The notes below the pieces were generated by a model that worked only from the letters and a program-made list of their open reading frames with translations, was not told the origin of the DNA and searched no databases. The translations under genes were made by a program, and so were the position numbers. Positions 10,390 to 21,308 of a stretch of DNA of 39,591 bases are shown in pieces. How positions within the stretch are numbered: the stretch's first letter is position 1; the number at the start of each line of letters is the position of its first letter. Origin of the DNA: Thraustochytrium aureum (Eukaryota); NCBI GenBank assembly GCA_012862495.1, contig BLSG01000216.1:436814-476404 (forward strand), read 5' to 3'.

Positions 10390-11397
10390 ATGACGGCGAT
10401 TGGACGCGCGCTTGCGTTCTACAACTATGGACGGAAACACTTTAACCGCAAGGGCTGGGTCAAGGCGGAGCGACTGGACACGGACATAGACTTGCAAGGC
10501 CGCGTGTATCTTGTGACTGGGTCGAACAGCGGTATTGGCAAGTGCCTCGCTGAGCACTTGTTCTCGAAGGGCGCCCGCGTGTACATGCTGTGCCGCAGCG
10601 AAGACCGCGCCGTCAAGGCGCGCGAGGAGATCGTGGCTGCGCACGGCGATCGCGAGGGCGACCACCTGCGAATCCTGGTGGGCGACTGCTCGGTGCAGGC
10701 CGACGTGGAGCGCGCGATCGCCGAGCTGGGCGAGAAGGAGACAGTTCTGGACTGCCTGGTCTGCAACGCTGGCGCCTTGCTGGACAAGCGCACGCTCACG
10801 GCGGACGGCGTCGAGACGACCTTTGCCTGCCACTTTCTGTACGGAACGTACTGGCTGTCGCGCACGGCGCTGCCTTTGCTGCAGCGCAGCACCGACCCTC
10901 GCATCGTCGTCGTCACGAGCGGCGGCATGTACAACTCCAAGCTCTGCCCTCTCGAGGAGACCATTCAGGCGACCGGCAAGTTTGACGGACAGATGGCGTA
11001 CGCCAAAGCAAAGCGCGCCCAGGTCGCACTCACCGAGCGGTGGGGCTCGGAGCTCGGCAAGGTCAAGGTAGTGGCCACGCACCCGGGCTGGACCGGGACG
11101 CCCGGCGTGGACAAGGTCTACGGGTCGATCAGCCAGTGGTTTCTTTCGCCCCTTCGCAGCTTGTGGGAAGGCACAGAAGGCATGGCTTGGCTGTGCGCCG
11201 CGCCTGGCGACCAGCTCAAGAGCGGCGAGCTGTACCTCGATGGCCACATTGAGCCCAAGCACCTGCACAAATCAACAAATAGCACGCCGGAGGAGGTCGA
11301 AGCCTTCTTCAAAGACCTCGAGGCGTACACGAAGTCGCACAGCAGTAGCTCCGAGGAGGCCGCTTCAGCAGATCCGGCGCCGTTGGCCACCGAGTAG
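10390..11397 (+). CDS. Short-chain dehydrogenase/reductase, DHRS12-like
   Basis: VTGSNSGIG, LDCLVCNAG, VVVTSGGMY, FDGQMAYAKAKRAQVALTERW, HPGWTGTPGV, LRSLWEG. The SGGMY, FDG..AY..KR and HPGW..TP pattern is typical of DHRS12. Confidence 0.9.
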   Translation: MTAIGRALAFYNYGRKHFNRKGWVKAERLDTDIDLQGRVYLVTGSNSGIGKCLAEHLFSKGARVYMLCRSEDRAVKAREEIVAAHGDREGDHLRILVGDCSVQADVERAIAELGEKETVLDCLVCNAGALLDKRTLTADGVETTFACHFLYGTYWLSRTALPLLQRSTDPRIVVVTSGGMYNSKLCPLEETIQATGKFDGQMAYAKAKRAQVALTERWGSELGKVKVVATHPGWTGTPGVDKVYGSISQWFLSPLRSLWEGTEGMAWLCAAPGDQLKSGELYLDGHIEPKHLHKSTNSTPEEVEAFFKDLEAYTKSHSSSSEEAASADPAPLATE

Positions 11398-12286
11398 AAA
11401 CCACCCGAACTCTTAGCTAGCTCAGAGAGTATACTACAAAAACGCATGCAGTGGGATTTGGTGTCAACTCGCATGTCCCTGGACGTACGGAGCCGAACGC
11501 TCGCCGTTCAATTCGTCGTGGCATGGCCCGGACGACCGACCTGGCGCCAGCGCTCTGGCGAGTCGACCTTGTGGCCGCCCCGTCCGTATCCGGTGGCCGT
11601 TTCCAACAATGCGCGACACGGAGCGGATCTCTGCCCGCAAAGAGCGCCTCGCTACATGCCGCTGCGAATGAACCAAGGCTGATGCGTTGCACCTCCGAGG
11701 GAAACTGCCGCATCGAGCAGGGCCGCGCTTCGCGCTCGGCAGCCGCGACGCCGCCAAGCCAGCACCGCCGAGCGCCGTGGGCCAACCGCGCGAGGCAAGC
11801 CAGCCAAGGTGGCCTTCGACCGACGACTTGGGCAGCGCGGCGCGCCACTCGACGTAGTCGATCTGATCCGCTCTTCGTAGCGCAGCTCGCGTGCGCGGCA
11901 GTTTTTCTCACCTAGATGTACAGTTACCGCGGAAAGTGACGGAGCGGAGATGTATACGGCGGTAAGGTTGCGCCGAAGCGAGTGAGCTGCCGCGCATCAA
12001 CGAACATATGAGTGACAAGGGGCGAGCGGGCAGCTGGAGCGTGAGAGGCAGCAGACCTGGAAGGAAAGCGCGCAGGCACGAGCAGCAGGCAGGGCGGCTG
12101 CGCGTTCGGTCTTGCGAGCGTCCGCTCACGTGGTCGGGCTGGGGCTGAGCGCGGGTCTCGAGAGAAGCTCGCACGCGGAGGCAGGCGCTAGAGGCCAAGG
12201 GGAAGGCGCGAAGGAGGTCCTCGAGCTCGGCCGCGGAGGAGGGTCGGCGGTCGGGCGCGCGCGGTGCGCGCTTGATGAAACGAAAG

Positions 12287-13045
12287 ATGAGCTCGTCGTA
12301 CGAAAATCTATCGCCGCAGGTGCTGCAAAGCATCGCCCGTGAGCTGCGCAAGCTGCATCAGAGCCCGCTCGAGGGCATCCATGTCATCGTCAACGAAGAG
12401 GACCTAACCGACATCCAAGCCGACATCGAGGGGCCAGAGGACACGCCGTACTACGGCGGCGTTTTCCGCTGCAAGCTGGTCCTCAGCAACGACTTCCCCA
12501 ACTCGCCGCCGCGCGGGTTTTTCCTGACCAAAATCTTCCACCCCAACGTCGCGCTGAACGGCGACATTTGCGTCAACACGCTCAAGCGCGACTGGAGCGC
12601 CGACTTGGGCATGTCGCACATCTTTCAAGTCATTCGGTGCCTGCTCATCATTCCATTCCCCGAGTCGGCGCTCAACGAGGATGCGAGCAAGATGTTCCTC
12701 GACAGCTATGACGAGTACTTTNNNNNNNNNNNNNNNNNNNNNNNNNNNNNNNNNNNNNNNNNNNNNNNNNNNNNNNNNNNNNNNNNNNNNNNNNNNNNNN
12801 NNNNNNNNNNNNNNNNNNNNNNNNNNNNNNNNNNNNNNNNNNNNNNNNNNNNNNNNNNNNNNNNNNNNNNNNNNNNNNNNNNNNNNNNNNNNNNNNNNNN
12901 NNNNNNNNNNNNNNNNNNNNNNNNNNNNNNNNNNNNNNNNNNNNNNNNNNNNNNNNNNNNNNNNNNNNNNNNNNNNNNNNNNNNNNNNNNNNNNNNNNNN
13001 NNNNNNNNNNNNNNNNNNNNNNNNNNNNNNNNNNNNCGCCTCTGA
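12287..13045 (+). CDS. UBE2S: Ubiquitin-conjugating enzyme E2 S (UBE2S/UBC22-type); C-terminal part in N gap 12722-13036
   Basis: ENLSPQV..., [41 protein letters not shown] (catalytic Cys), PESALNE. After the gap the frame ends ...RL-stop, like the UBE2S LRRL tail. An alternative ATG lies at 12275. Confidence 0.92.
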   Translation: MSSSYENLSPQVLQSIARELRKLHQSPLEGIHVIVNEEDLTDIQADIEGPEDTPYYGGVFRCKLVLSNDFPNSPPRGFFLTKIFHPNVALNGDICVNTLKRDWSADLGMSHIFQVIRCLLIIPFPESALNEDASKMFLDSYDEYFXXXXXXXXXXXXXXXXXXXXXXXXXXXXXXXXXXXXXXXXXXXXXXXXXXXXXXXXXXXXXXXXXXXXXXXXXXXXXXXXXXXXXXXXXXXXXXXXXXXXXXXXXRL

Positions 13046-13709
13046 GCTGCGTCGCAAGCGAAACCTGAAGCGGGTCTGCTGGTGCTTTCCGCGCTCCAAA
13101 CCCCGTGCCTGACGAGCTTCAGATGGCTGCAGCGCAAGCGCGTCCTTCGTTGGCGTCTCTGACGTGCATGCGCGGGATTCCTTCCTTGCACACGATCAGC
13201 TGGACGCCAGGCCACGCGCCTGTACTTATGACCTGAATGCGCTCACCTGAGAGGCCCCCGATTCGTTGATAACCTGAGACGCACATTGACAACGGAGCCG
13301 ACGCACTGCGACGGGCGACCCAACTATACACTGGGGAGAACCAACCCAAGAGCGAAGCGTTAATTAAAACGAAAGAAGTGCAATTCACATTTCAGAACAG
13401 GAAAAACCCGCCTCGAACCATCTTTTTGTTTGCTCCTACTCAGGCCCTCGCTTCCCGACACCTGCACTTTTCGTGCGCAGCCGGGCGGCTCGCCCTCGAG
13501 CGTGGAGCGCATCGTCCTCAAAGGCCTTTTGGGATGGCATGAGTTTGTTCAAAACTGTTCGGCATGGCATGAGTTTGTTCCGTCAGGTTATTCTTTCCCT
13601 AAAGCGGCTCTAAAGGTAGTGTTCATTCGCGAGCGTGCGACGTGCTTGCATCAGTTGAGTGGGACGATGCAAGAGCTGCTCTTCTTCATCCGCATTGTCT
13701 TTGGGCGCT

Positions 13710-14615
13710 CTACGGCTGGCCGTTTTTCGATGGCGGCGATCGCGTGGACGACGCCGAGCCGTTGTGGCTACGGCGGCGCCACCTCGCAGAACCTTGCGAG
13801 AACGTCTCGCAATCTACGAGCGAGCCTGCAGATGGGCTCTCGGGCGCACCGAGCGCACCGTAGCGCAGCGCCTTTCCCGAGGCCAGCTGACCGTCCGAAC
13901 CAAGGTACACGTCGGCGGTGATCAGGTCGATGACGCGCCTCTGCACGGCCATTTCAATCGGGTTCGGCCTCGTTGGCTCAAACGCGGCATTGTCCTTGAG
14001 AGCGTCAGCCACAAACCTCGGGAGCACATCCGTCTCGATAGTGTGCCGTGCCTCGCTCTGCGCGCAGCCGAGCACTGCTCTCAGTTCAGCAGGGCTGGCT
14101 TTGGCAACAATGGAGGCTTGGATCGCCGCCACATGTCGCGGCTCAACGCAAACCCAGTCAGATGCATTGTCCGCAAGAAACTGGTCGTAGATGCAAATGG
14201 CCTCGCTCACGCTGGCGTTTTCGGCGAGCCGAAACGCCTCGACAGCCAGGAAAAAGCGCAGGTTTTCGCAATTGAGCTGCCGCGCGCAGTACGCTGCAAA
14301 GGCCTCGCACAGTACCGGGTCGCTTGTCACAGCTTCTATGCGCAGGGACGCCCGGCAAACGAGCTCTTCGACGATGTTGAGTCTTGGCCCGGCACTCGCT
14401 GAGCGCTGCCGGTTTGGCATGCGCTCTCGCCCGGCCGGTTGTTTCAGCCCCACGCACGAGGGCTCGTTTCGCAGAGGTCTGGCGCTGTCAGACTTGGCAT
14501 CGCTGCGGAAGGAAAACATGCTCGAGAGGCCGCTCCGCAGCATTCTTCGCAAACTGCTGCGCCGCCGCGGCGCAGGGCTCAATTGCGGCGCGTTCTCCGC
14601 CGTCTTGAGTTGCAT
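13710..14615 (-). CDS. RGS (regulator of G-protein signalling) domain protein
   Basis: DPVLCEAFAAYCARQLNCENLRFFLAVEAF...AICIYDQFL...WVCV...AQSEARHTIETDVLPRF matches the RGS fold pattern (F..F...E...ENL.F, IY..F, D..PRF). Confidence 0.88.
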   Translation of the reverse strand: MQLKTAENAPQLSPAPRRRSSLRRMLRSGLSSMFSFRSDAKSDSARPLRNEPSCVGLKQPAGRERMPNRQRSASAGPRLNIVEELVCRASLRIEAVTSDPVLCEAFAAYCARQLNCENLRFFLAVEAFRLAENASVSEAICIYDQFLADNASDWVCVEPRHVAAIQASIVAKASPAELRAVLGCAQSEARHTIETDVLPRFVADALKDNAAFEPTRPNPIEMAVQRRVIDLITADVYLGSDGQLASGKALRYGALGAPESPSAGSLVDCETFSQGSARWRRRSHNGSASSTRSPPSKNGQP

Positions 14616-16234
14616 CTGAAGCGCTTCGTCGTGTCGCGCACGCTCAGGCCAGCCCAGCGCGAATCACCAGCGACTCGGGTCGGCGGCAAGTGCGTACTTT
14701 AACGAACTGGTCGCCGGACTGGCGAAAGCAAAAGGATCTGCTGGACCAATGCTGGGCCTTGCCCGCGTGCACTGTCCCCAAAACGAGAACAGTGCACCGC
14801 CAGTCGACTTTGCTTGCCCCCGAGCGAACGACAATCGTTTGCGGGTTAGAAACCAGCTCTTTGCGTCGCCATGCGTCGGGAACTCTGATCGAAACAATAG
14901 AGTACTTCCGCTAGTTGACAGTAGATCCAGCTGGGCGGCGGCAGCGGTGGGTTCGGCGGTGGAAAGCAACAAACGTTATGCAATAAACGGCTCCTCCCTG
15001 TCCCAATTCTCCACCAACGTGCAGCTGTGGCTGGCCAAGCACAAGCACATGGCGGAACACAGAGGCGATCGAATGGAGGTGTCGCGTTGCCTTGGCGTCG
15101 CGAATCGTGGAGGTCGCGTTGCCTTGGCGTCGCGAATCGCCGAGTCTATGCGGGTGCCGAACGTAGCATTTCGAGGTCAAGCGTTTGGGTCTCCGGAAAG
15201 CGCATTCTCGCACATGGCCCCGCTTTACTCCGAAGCTCTCGCCGTTAGCTGTCCGCTCCCCAATGAGTAGGTAAGGGTGGGGTGAGCACTAGCTCGAGAG
15301 AGGCAGCGGCCTCACTGACCTCCGCTAATCAACTCGGGCTCACCCATTCAAACATTCAGCGATGGCAACCTACCGATCTCACGGGCGCCACAGAATGAAT
15401 GGCCGGCCTGTACGCCAGCGGACTGCAGCGTGCAGCGCCGGGTTCATCAGCCATTTGAAAGAAGGCGGCGCGACACGTCAAGTGCTGCTGAGCCGCTGCT
15501 GGCCTTGGCCAAATCGAAAAACCCGTCAACGCTTATTTTGGTCTGAACTCGGAATTCGTTTGAGGCGGATGGCGCCGATGTCCGCTCCGCGCCGGGCACG
15601 CTTCGCGACGAGCTCTGCGAGCCGTGCGCTGCCACCTGCCGATCGCCTCGGCTCGAGGAATGTTGGCAGCGGGGCCGAGTCGCGTGCGCGCGCGTTGCGT
15701 TTGTTGCGGTTGTCGACGGCTGCGTTTTTCAGCGCAACTCGTCTCGCCAACGCAAACGGGGTTGAACGCGTTGCGTTGCGACTTGGGAGCCCTGAGCAAC
15801 CTGCCTCTAGCCTCTAGGCCGTCGCCTGGCGCTCGCAGCAGGTCAGGGAAGCCAAGGCGGTGGCCCGCCATGCGAGCCAACCAACGCAGCGGTCCTGGTC
15901 CAACCCTCGCGACCCACGAGCCTCGAGCTCGGCCACAACGCCCCGGGCTCGCCCCAATATCCACAGCCAGCCGCATCGCGAGCGCTGCCCGCGGCTGCTT
16001 GCGCGCGTAGTCTCTAGAGAGTGAGTAGCTTGACGCGTGCACGTGGGCGAGTTGAGTTGGCCGACTCAGCAAGGTCAAGAGAAGCGTGGAGTTTCCGCGT
16101 TCCACGAACAGGCAGGAGAAGCTCCACGGCGCAGAGCTCGACAGAGTCTCGGAGCGAGCAGCGTGGCAGGCGAGGCTGGCTTGGCGACACGTTGCGCCCC
16201 AACAGAGCGAGAGAGCGCGCGGCGCGAAGGCGGC

Positions 16235-16819
16235 ATGGCGCGCGTGACCAAGTCGCGGTTCTTTGGCGGAGTTCGCAAGTCGGCTGCGTCCTGCGAGCTT
16301 GGCCAGCGGCGGGCTGCCGCAGCTGCGGCTCGCACAAGCTCAAAGGACCGCGGGCCGGGGAAAGAGGAGGCGGGGGGCAATGGCTGGCCGACGTCGAAGA
16401 AGCGCTCGCGGGAGCCGACGCCCTTTCAAATGAGTGTTTACCAGCTCATCAAAGGCATCCCGCCTGGCAAGGTGAGCACGTACGGACTGGTGGCCAAGGC
16501 GCTTGGGACGAGCCCCAGGGCGGTCGGAAACGCCCTGCGGCACAACCCATTCGCTCCCCAGGTCCCCTGCCACAGGGTCGTCGCGACCTCGCTGTAAGTT
16601 AGAGAGCAGGCCAGCGTTTGCTGCACGGAACCGCACCGCTCACGCACTAGACACCCTGCTGTCGCGCCAACCCGCAGCGAGCTCTACGGGTTTAATGGGC
16701 AGTGCGGCAAAGGCGCCCCGAACCTTGCCAAGAAGCGCTCGTTGCTGCTGGAGGAGGGCGTTCGCTTTGAAGCGGCCGGGTCGAGCACCGTGGACAAAGC
16801 GTGCTTGCACGCCTTTTGA
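16235..16819 (+). CDS. MGMT: O6-alkylguanine-DNA alkyltransferase (MGMT/Ogt family), two exons: 16235-16593 and 16678-16819
   Basis: TPFQMSVY...IPPGKVSTYG..A..LG.SPRAVGNALRHNP...VPCHRVV. Splicing 16594-16677 continues the frame as LELYGFNG...KKRSLLLEEGVRF...HAF-stop, the expected C-terminal KRxLLxxEG motif. Confidence 0.92.
16594..16677 (+). other. 84-nt spliceosomal intron in MGMT
   Basis: GTAAGT donor, candidate branch site GCTCAC near 16638, CCCGCAG acceptor. Removal restores the conserved reading frame and removes an in-frame TAA. Confidence 0.88.
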
Positions 16820-17011
16820 ATCGCGGTTTCTTCATCAAGTTCTTGATCGATCGATCGAATTGAGAAGAAAAGCGATCGATCGAATCGATCAAGAGAAGAC
16901 CCGACCGAGTGCAGTAAACTGGAGCCAGCTGCGACTAAAGATTTTAATTGAGCACCTTAGAAAGAGCGAATACCAGAGCCCCCCCGGCCCTGCCTGCGCG
17001 CCAAAGCGAAA

Positions 17012-17434
17012 CTACGGATTTCCCTCGACCTTGATCCTTTTCTTGCCCGACTCGACCGCGATCGAAAAGTCGTCGCGCATAACAACGTGAGCTTCTCGCG
17101 CCTTGCGCTTGAGGCGGAGCCTCGCAGCGTGCTCCTCCGGAACGTGGCCAGGGTTTCCGCGCAGCTGCGCGTCTGCGTAGAAACTCGCAGGCAAGTTGCC
17201 CTCCGGCTGCGTGCCAAACCCTGTCACATGCACTCCGAGGGTGCTCTCCACATACTGGCGCAGGTCTGCCAACTCGAGGTTTCGCGAGCCGCGGTGCTGC
17301 GCCAGCTTGCAGCCAAACTTGGCCGCGCTCTCCACAAACTTGGCCGACAGCTCGAGGAGCACCTCTTCCACCTCGAAGCTCAGGACCGCCTTCGGATCAA
17401 CGCGCTTCACGAGCTCTGCCAGCTTTGCCCGTGA
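17012..17434 (-). CDS. TAF12: TFIID/SAGA subunit TAF12 (histone fold), 5' end in N gap
   Basis: KLAELVKRVDPKAVLSFEVEEVLLELSAKFVESAAKFGCKLAQHRGSRNLELADLRQYVESTLGVHVTGFG, followed by EEHAARLRLKRK. Matches the TAF12 pattern L..LV..VDP...L...VEE.LL...FI.......LA.HR.S..LE..D...PGF and its H..R C-terminal helix. Confidence 0.9.
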   Translation of the reverse strand, partial: SRAKLAELVKRVDPKAVLSFEVEEVLLELSAKFVESAAKFGCKLAQHRGSRNLELADLRQYVESTLGVHVTGFGTQPEGNLPASFYADAQLRGNPGHVPEEHAARLRLKRKAREAHVVMRDDFSIAVESGKKRIKVEGNP

Positions 17435-20400
17435 NNNNNNNNNNNNNNNNNNNNNNNNNNNNNNNNNNNNNNNNNNNNNNNNNNNNNNNNNNNNNNNNNN
17501 NNNNNNNNNNNNNNNNNNNNNNNNNNNNNNNNNNNNNNNNNNNNNNNNNNNNNNNNNNNNNNNNNNNNNNNNNNNNNNNNNNNNNNNNNNNNNNNNNNNN
17601 NNNNNNNNNNNNNNNNNNNNNNNNNNNNNNNNNNNNNNNNNNNNNNNNNNNNNNNNNNNNNNNNNNNNNNNNNNNNNNNNNNNNNNNNNNNNNNNNNNNN
17701 NNNNNNNNNNNNNNNNNNNNNNNNNNNNNNNNNNNNNNNNNNNNNNNNNNNNNNNNNNNNNNNNNNNNNNNNNNNNNNNNNNNNNNNNNNNNNNNNNNNN
17801 NNNNNNNNNNNNNNNNNNNNNNNNNNNNNNNNNNNNNNNNNNNNNNNNNNNNNNNNNNNNNNNNNNNNNNNNNNNNNNNNNNNNNNNNNNNNNNNNNNNN
17901 NNNNNNNNNNNNNNNNNNNNNNNNNNNNNNNNNNNNNNNNNNNNNNNNNNNNNNNNNNNNNNNNNNNNNNNNNNNNNNNNNNNNNNNNNNNNNNNNNNNN
18001 NNNNNNNNNNNNNNNNNNNNNNNNNNNNNNNNNNNNNNNNNNCACGATGGACTCGCGCCTAGGCGACTCGACCTTGCAGGTGCTGCCCAACGCGGTCGGA
18101 TCCGACGGCCTTTCGGGTGGCTCCTGTTGGAACGACACCTTGTTGCTGCCGTCCGGATTTCGCGGTCGTGTCGAGCTTGCCGGCACATAAAATTGCAGAC
18201 CGACACCTGTGACACTGTTGCCCTTCGTCAACGGGACCGGGAGGAGGTCTGCGCCGACTCCAACCCCACGCGAGTCGACCTTCCTCGGGCTCATCAGCGT
18301 CGACATAGCAGGTGCGTATGAACGCCTCCAGTTCGTTCACGCCCATCTCGTGCATCATGTAGTGAGAGTCAGGCGCAAGCCTCACAAGTGTTTGGGTAAC
18401 GGGATTGGCCTCCGACTCGGAGTCGACCGATCGATTCGTCGTCAGGGTCGACCGGTGATTGGTCGCGCGAACCAAAGAGGAACCAATGAGGATTTCATTG
18501 CAAGGCGGATCCTCCTTGGTCCTTGCGCAAAGCCGGAGATCGTTGGGCAGGGCCGCGGTCCTCGGAGGCTGGTGTGGTGGTTGCCTCTCACGCGACAGGT
18601 CTGTGAATTTTTTTCTGTTCTGTTCTGTTCCGTTCTGCTTTTTTCCTTGCTTGTTTTTGATTATTCAAGAGAGCGGCGCGTTCATTCTCAAGTTGTTCAC
18701 GTTTGTTGTGGAACCCTCTCTCTTGCTTTCGCCGAGTCAGCATCAACTCACAGAAGAGTAGTACCTTTAGGAAGAAATGACCCGGAGGGGAAATAGCTGT
18801 CTTGAGAACACACTTCAGTGCTGCCCAACAAGGGGCAGAGTGCAGCTTCCTCCTCCTCACAACAAAACCCCACAATGCAGTGCTGCGCCGGCACAGTTTT
18901 GATTCGCCTTCCCCAACTCTGAATAACCCTAAAGGCAAAGGAGCCTGAATGCTGTAAGGGCTGTGACAGAGNNNNNNNNNNNNNNNNNNNNNNNNNNNNN
19001 NNNNNNNNNNNNNNNNNNNNNNNNNNNNNNNNNNNNNNNNNNNNNNNNNNNNNNNNNNNNNNNNNNNNNNNNNNNNNNNNNNNNNNNNNNNNNNNNNNNN
19101 NNNNNNNNNNNNNNNNNNNNNNNNNNNNNNNNNNNNNNNNNNNNNNNNNNNNNNNNNNNNNNNNNNNNNNNNNNNNNNNNNNNNNNNNNNNNNNNNNNNN
19201 NNNNNNNNNNNNNNNNNNNNNNNNNNGTGACAGAGCTGGCTGATCAAGGGTCGAAAGCGGGATCCCAACGAGCGCGAGCCTGAATTGTAGATGAATAAGA
19301 CGAGCTCCACAGAGCCTTGCTGGCCCGACCTTCTCCATATGTGCTGCACGCATTGCGCACGAACTGTCACCAGGTTGCCTGCCCTCTAGAGGTTGCTCCA
19401 GTGTCGGCCTGCTGTGCGTGCTCGGCTCGGCATTGCGCCTGGCCGTCGCGCTGGCCACGGCGCGCGCAAGCGACCGCTCGTGGGCGAAGGCACTCGAGGC
19501 CAGACACCTTATGCCAAAACCCATCAATATTTTGGATACTGGACTGCACAAGCCGGCCCGGCAGCGCGCGGCCTCGCTGCTCAGGCTGCACTTCCTTCTT
19601 CTTTCTTAGGTGTGAGCGTGGCGTGGCGGGAAACGTGCGACGCGCAAACGATCTGACACGCCGAAAGACATGCGAGCAACGGGTGCAGTGCAGCTGGGCG
19701 CCACAAACGCTCGGCGCGAAGCTGCCCGCAATGCCGAAATGACTGCGTACCTCGACTCTCGCGAGGCAGGCCAAGCCCTTTTGCCACAGTCCGTCGGCTC
19801 GCTGAAGCCCGCCGAATCGGGCGGCAAAAAAGGCGCGGCACGCCAGACCCAGTCAAGCCGGAGGCACAACCACTTGAGCACTACGGCCAACACCAAGCCA
19901 CGCTGCGAGCGCGCGTCCGCAGTCTTCTCGTCGAGCCTGTTGAGTGCACTGGTTTGAATATGTCGCTCGAGGCTAGTAGTAGCACCCCCCATCCGCGCGA
20001 ATCATGCGGGCTCTCAACAGCGTTGGGTTGGACCACTGCCCACGCGGGCGAGTGGCGAATGAAGCGTGATGCCGACGTCTCAGCAGGCAAGCCAGCAAAC
20101 GCGCGCAACGCGGATCGACACCACCTGGCGCCTGCAAGCTCCGCGCGCAAGTAGTGGCAGCCGCGCTGACGCTTTGAGCACCGACCTTCGAGCCAACCAC
20201 CCCTCACTGGTCCTGCAGACCTCTAGCACCGTCTGTCGCGCGCGGCGGCCCGCTCCATCCGCCATCGGCTCGATCACCTGCCCGGCGGCGCGCCGCCTGC
20301 CGCTCCCATCCGCAGCGCGCGCCCGGCTGCGTTCCCGCGCGTGTCCCCAAGAGGCGCCCCGTCGCGCAGCGCGTCCCCAGGCCCCGCCCATGCGCTCCAG

Positions 20401-21308
20401 AGGCCTCCCAGCCCGTCATTGCCGGNNNNNNNNNNNNNNNNNNNNNNNNNNNNNNNNNNNNNNNNNNNNNNNNNNNNNNNNNNNNNNNNNNNNNNNNNNN
20501 NNNNNNNNNNNNNNNNNNNNNNNNNNNNNNNNNNNNNNNNNNNNNNNNNNNNNNNNNNNNNNNNNNNNNNNNNNNNNNNNNNNNNNNNNNNNNNNNNNNN
20601 NNNNNNNNNNNNNNNNNNNNNNNNNNNNNNNNNNNNNNNNNNNNNNNNNNNNNNNNNNNNNNNNNNNNNNNNNNNNNNNNNNNNNNNNNNNNNNNNNNNN
20701 NNNNNNNNNNNNNNNNNNNNNNNNNNNNNNNNNNNNNNNNNNNNNNNNNNNNNNNNNNNNNNNNNNNNNNNNNNNNNNNNNNNNNNNNNNNNNNNNNNNN
20801 NNNNNNNNNNNNNNNNNNNNNNNNNNNNNNNNNNNNNNNNNNNNNNNNNNNNNNNNNNNNNNNNNNNNNNNNNNNNNNNNNNNNNNNNNNNNNNNNNNNN
20901 NNNNNNNNNNNNNNNNNNNNNNNNNNNNNNNNNNNNNNNNNNNNNNNNNNNNNNNNNNNNNNNNNNNNNNNNNNNNNNNNNNNNNNNNNNNNNNNNNNNN
21001 NNNNNNNNNNNNNNNNNNNNNNNNNNNNNNNNNNNNNNNNNNNNNNNNNNNNNNNNNNNNNNNNNNNNNNNNNNNNNNNNNNNNNNNNNNNNNNNNNNNN
21101 NNNNNNNNNNNNNNNNNNNNNNNNNNNNNNNNNNNNNNNNNNNNNNNNNNNNNNNNNNNNNNNNNNNNNNNNNNNNNNNNNNNNNNNNNNNNNNNNNNNN
21201 NNNNNNNNNNNNCGCTCAGTAAGTGGGGGAAGCGACGTCTGCCCAAGGCACGGGGGCGGGCGCCGCTGTACGGCCCAAGGGTGCCCTCGAAGAGCAAAAG
21301 CCAATTCG

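Noticed and set aside
3339..11397. ALS plus two SDRs as an acetoin/butanediol or secondary-metabolite cluster
   Set aside because: ALS is the ordinary anabolic FAD-type enzyme with a presequence, the SDRs are generic, and no decarboxylase or synthase is present. Adjacency alone is insufficient.
18925..18932. AACCCTAA telomere-like word
   Set aside because: It is a single copy, expected by chance.
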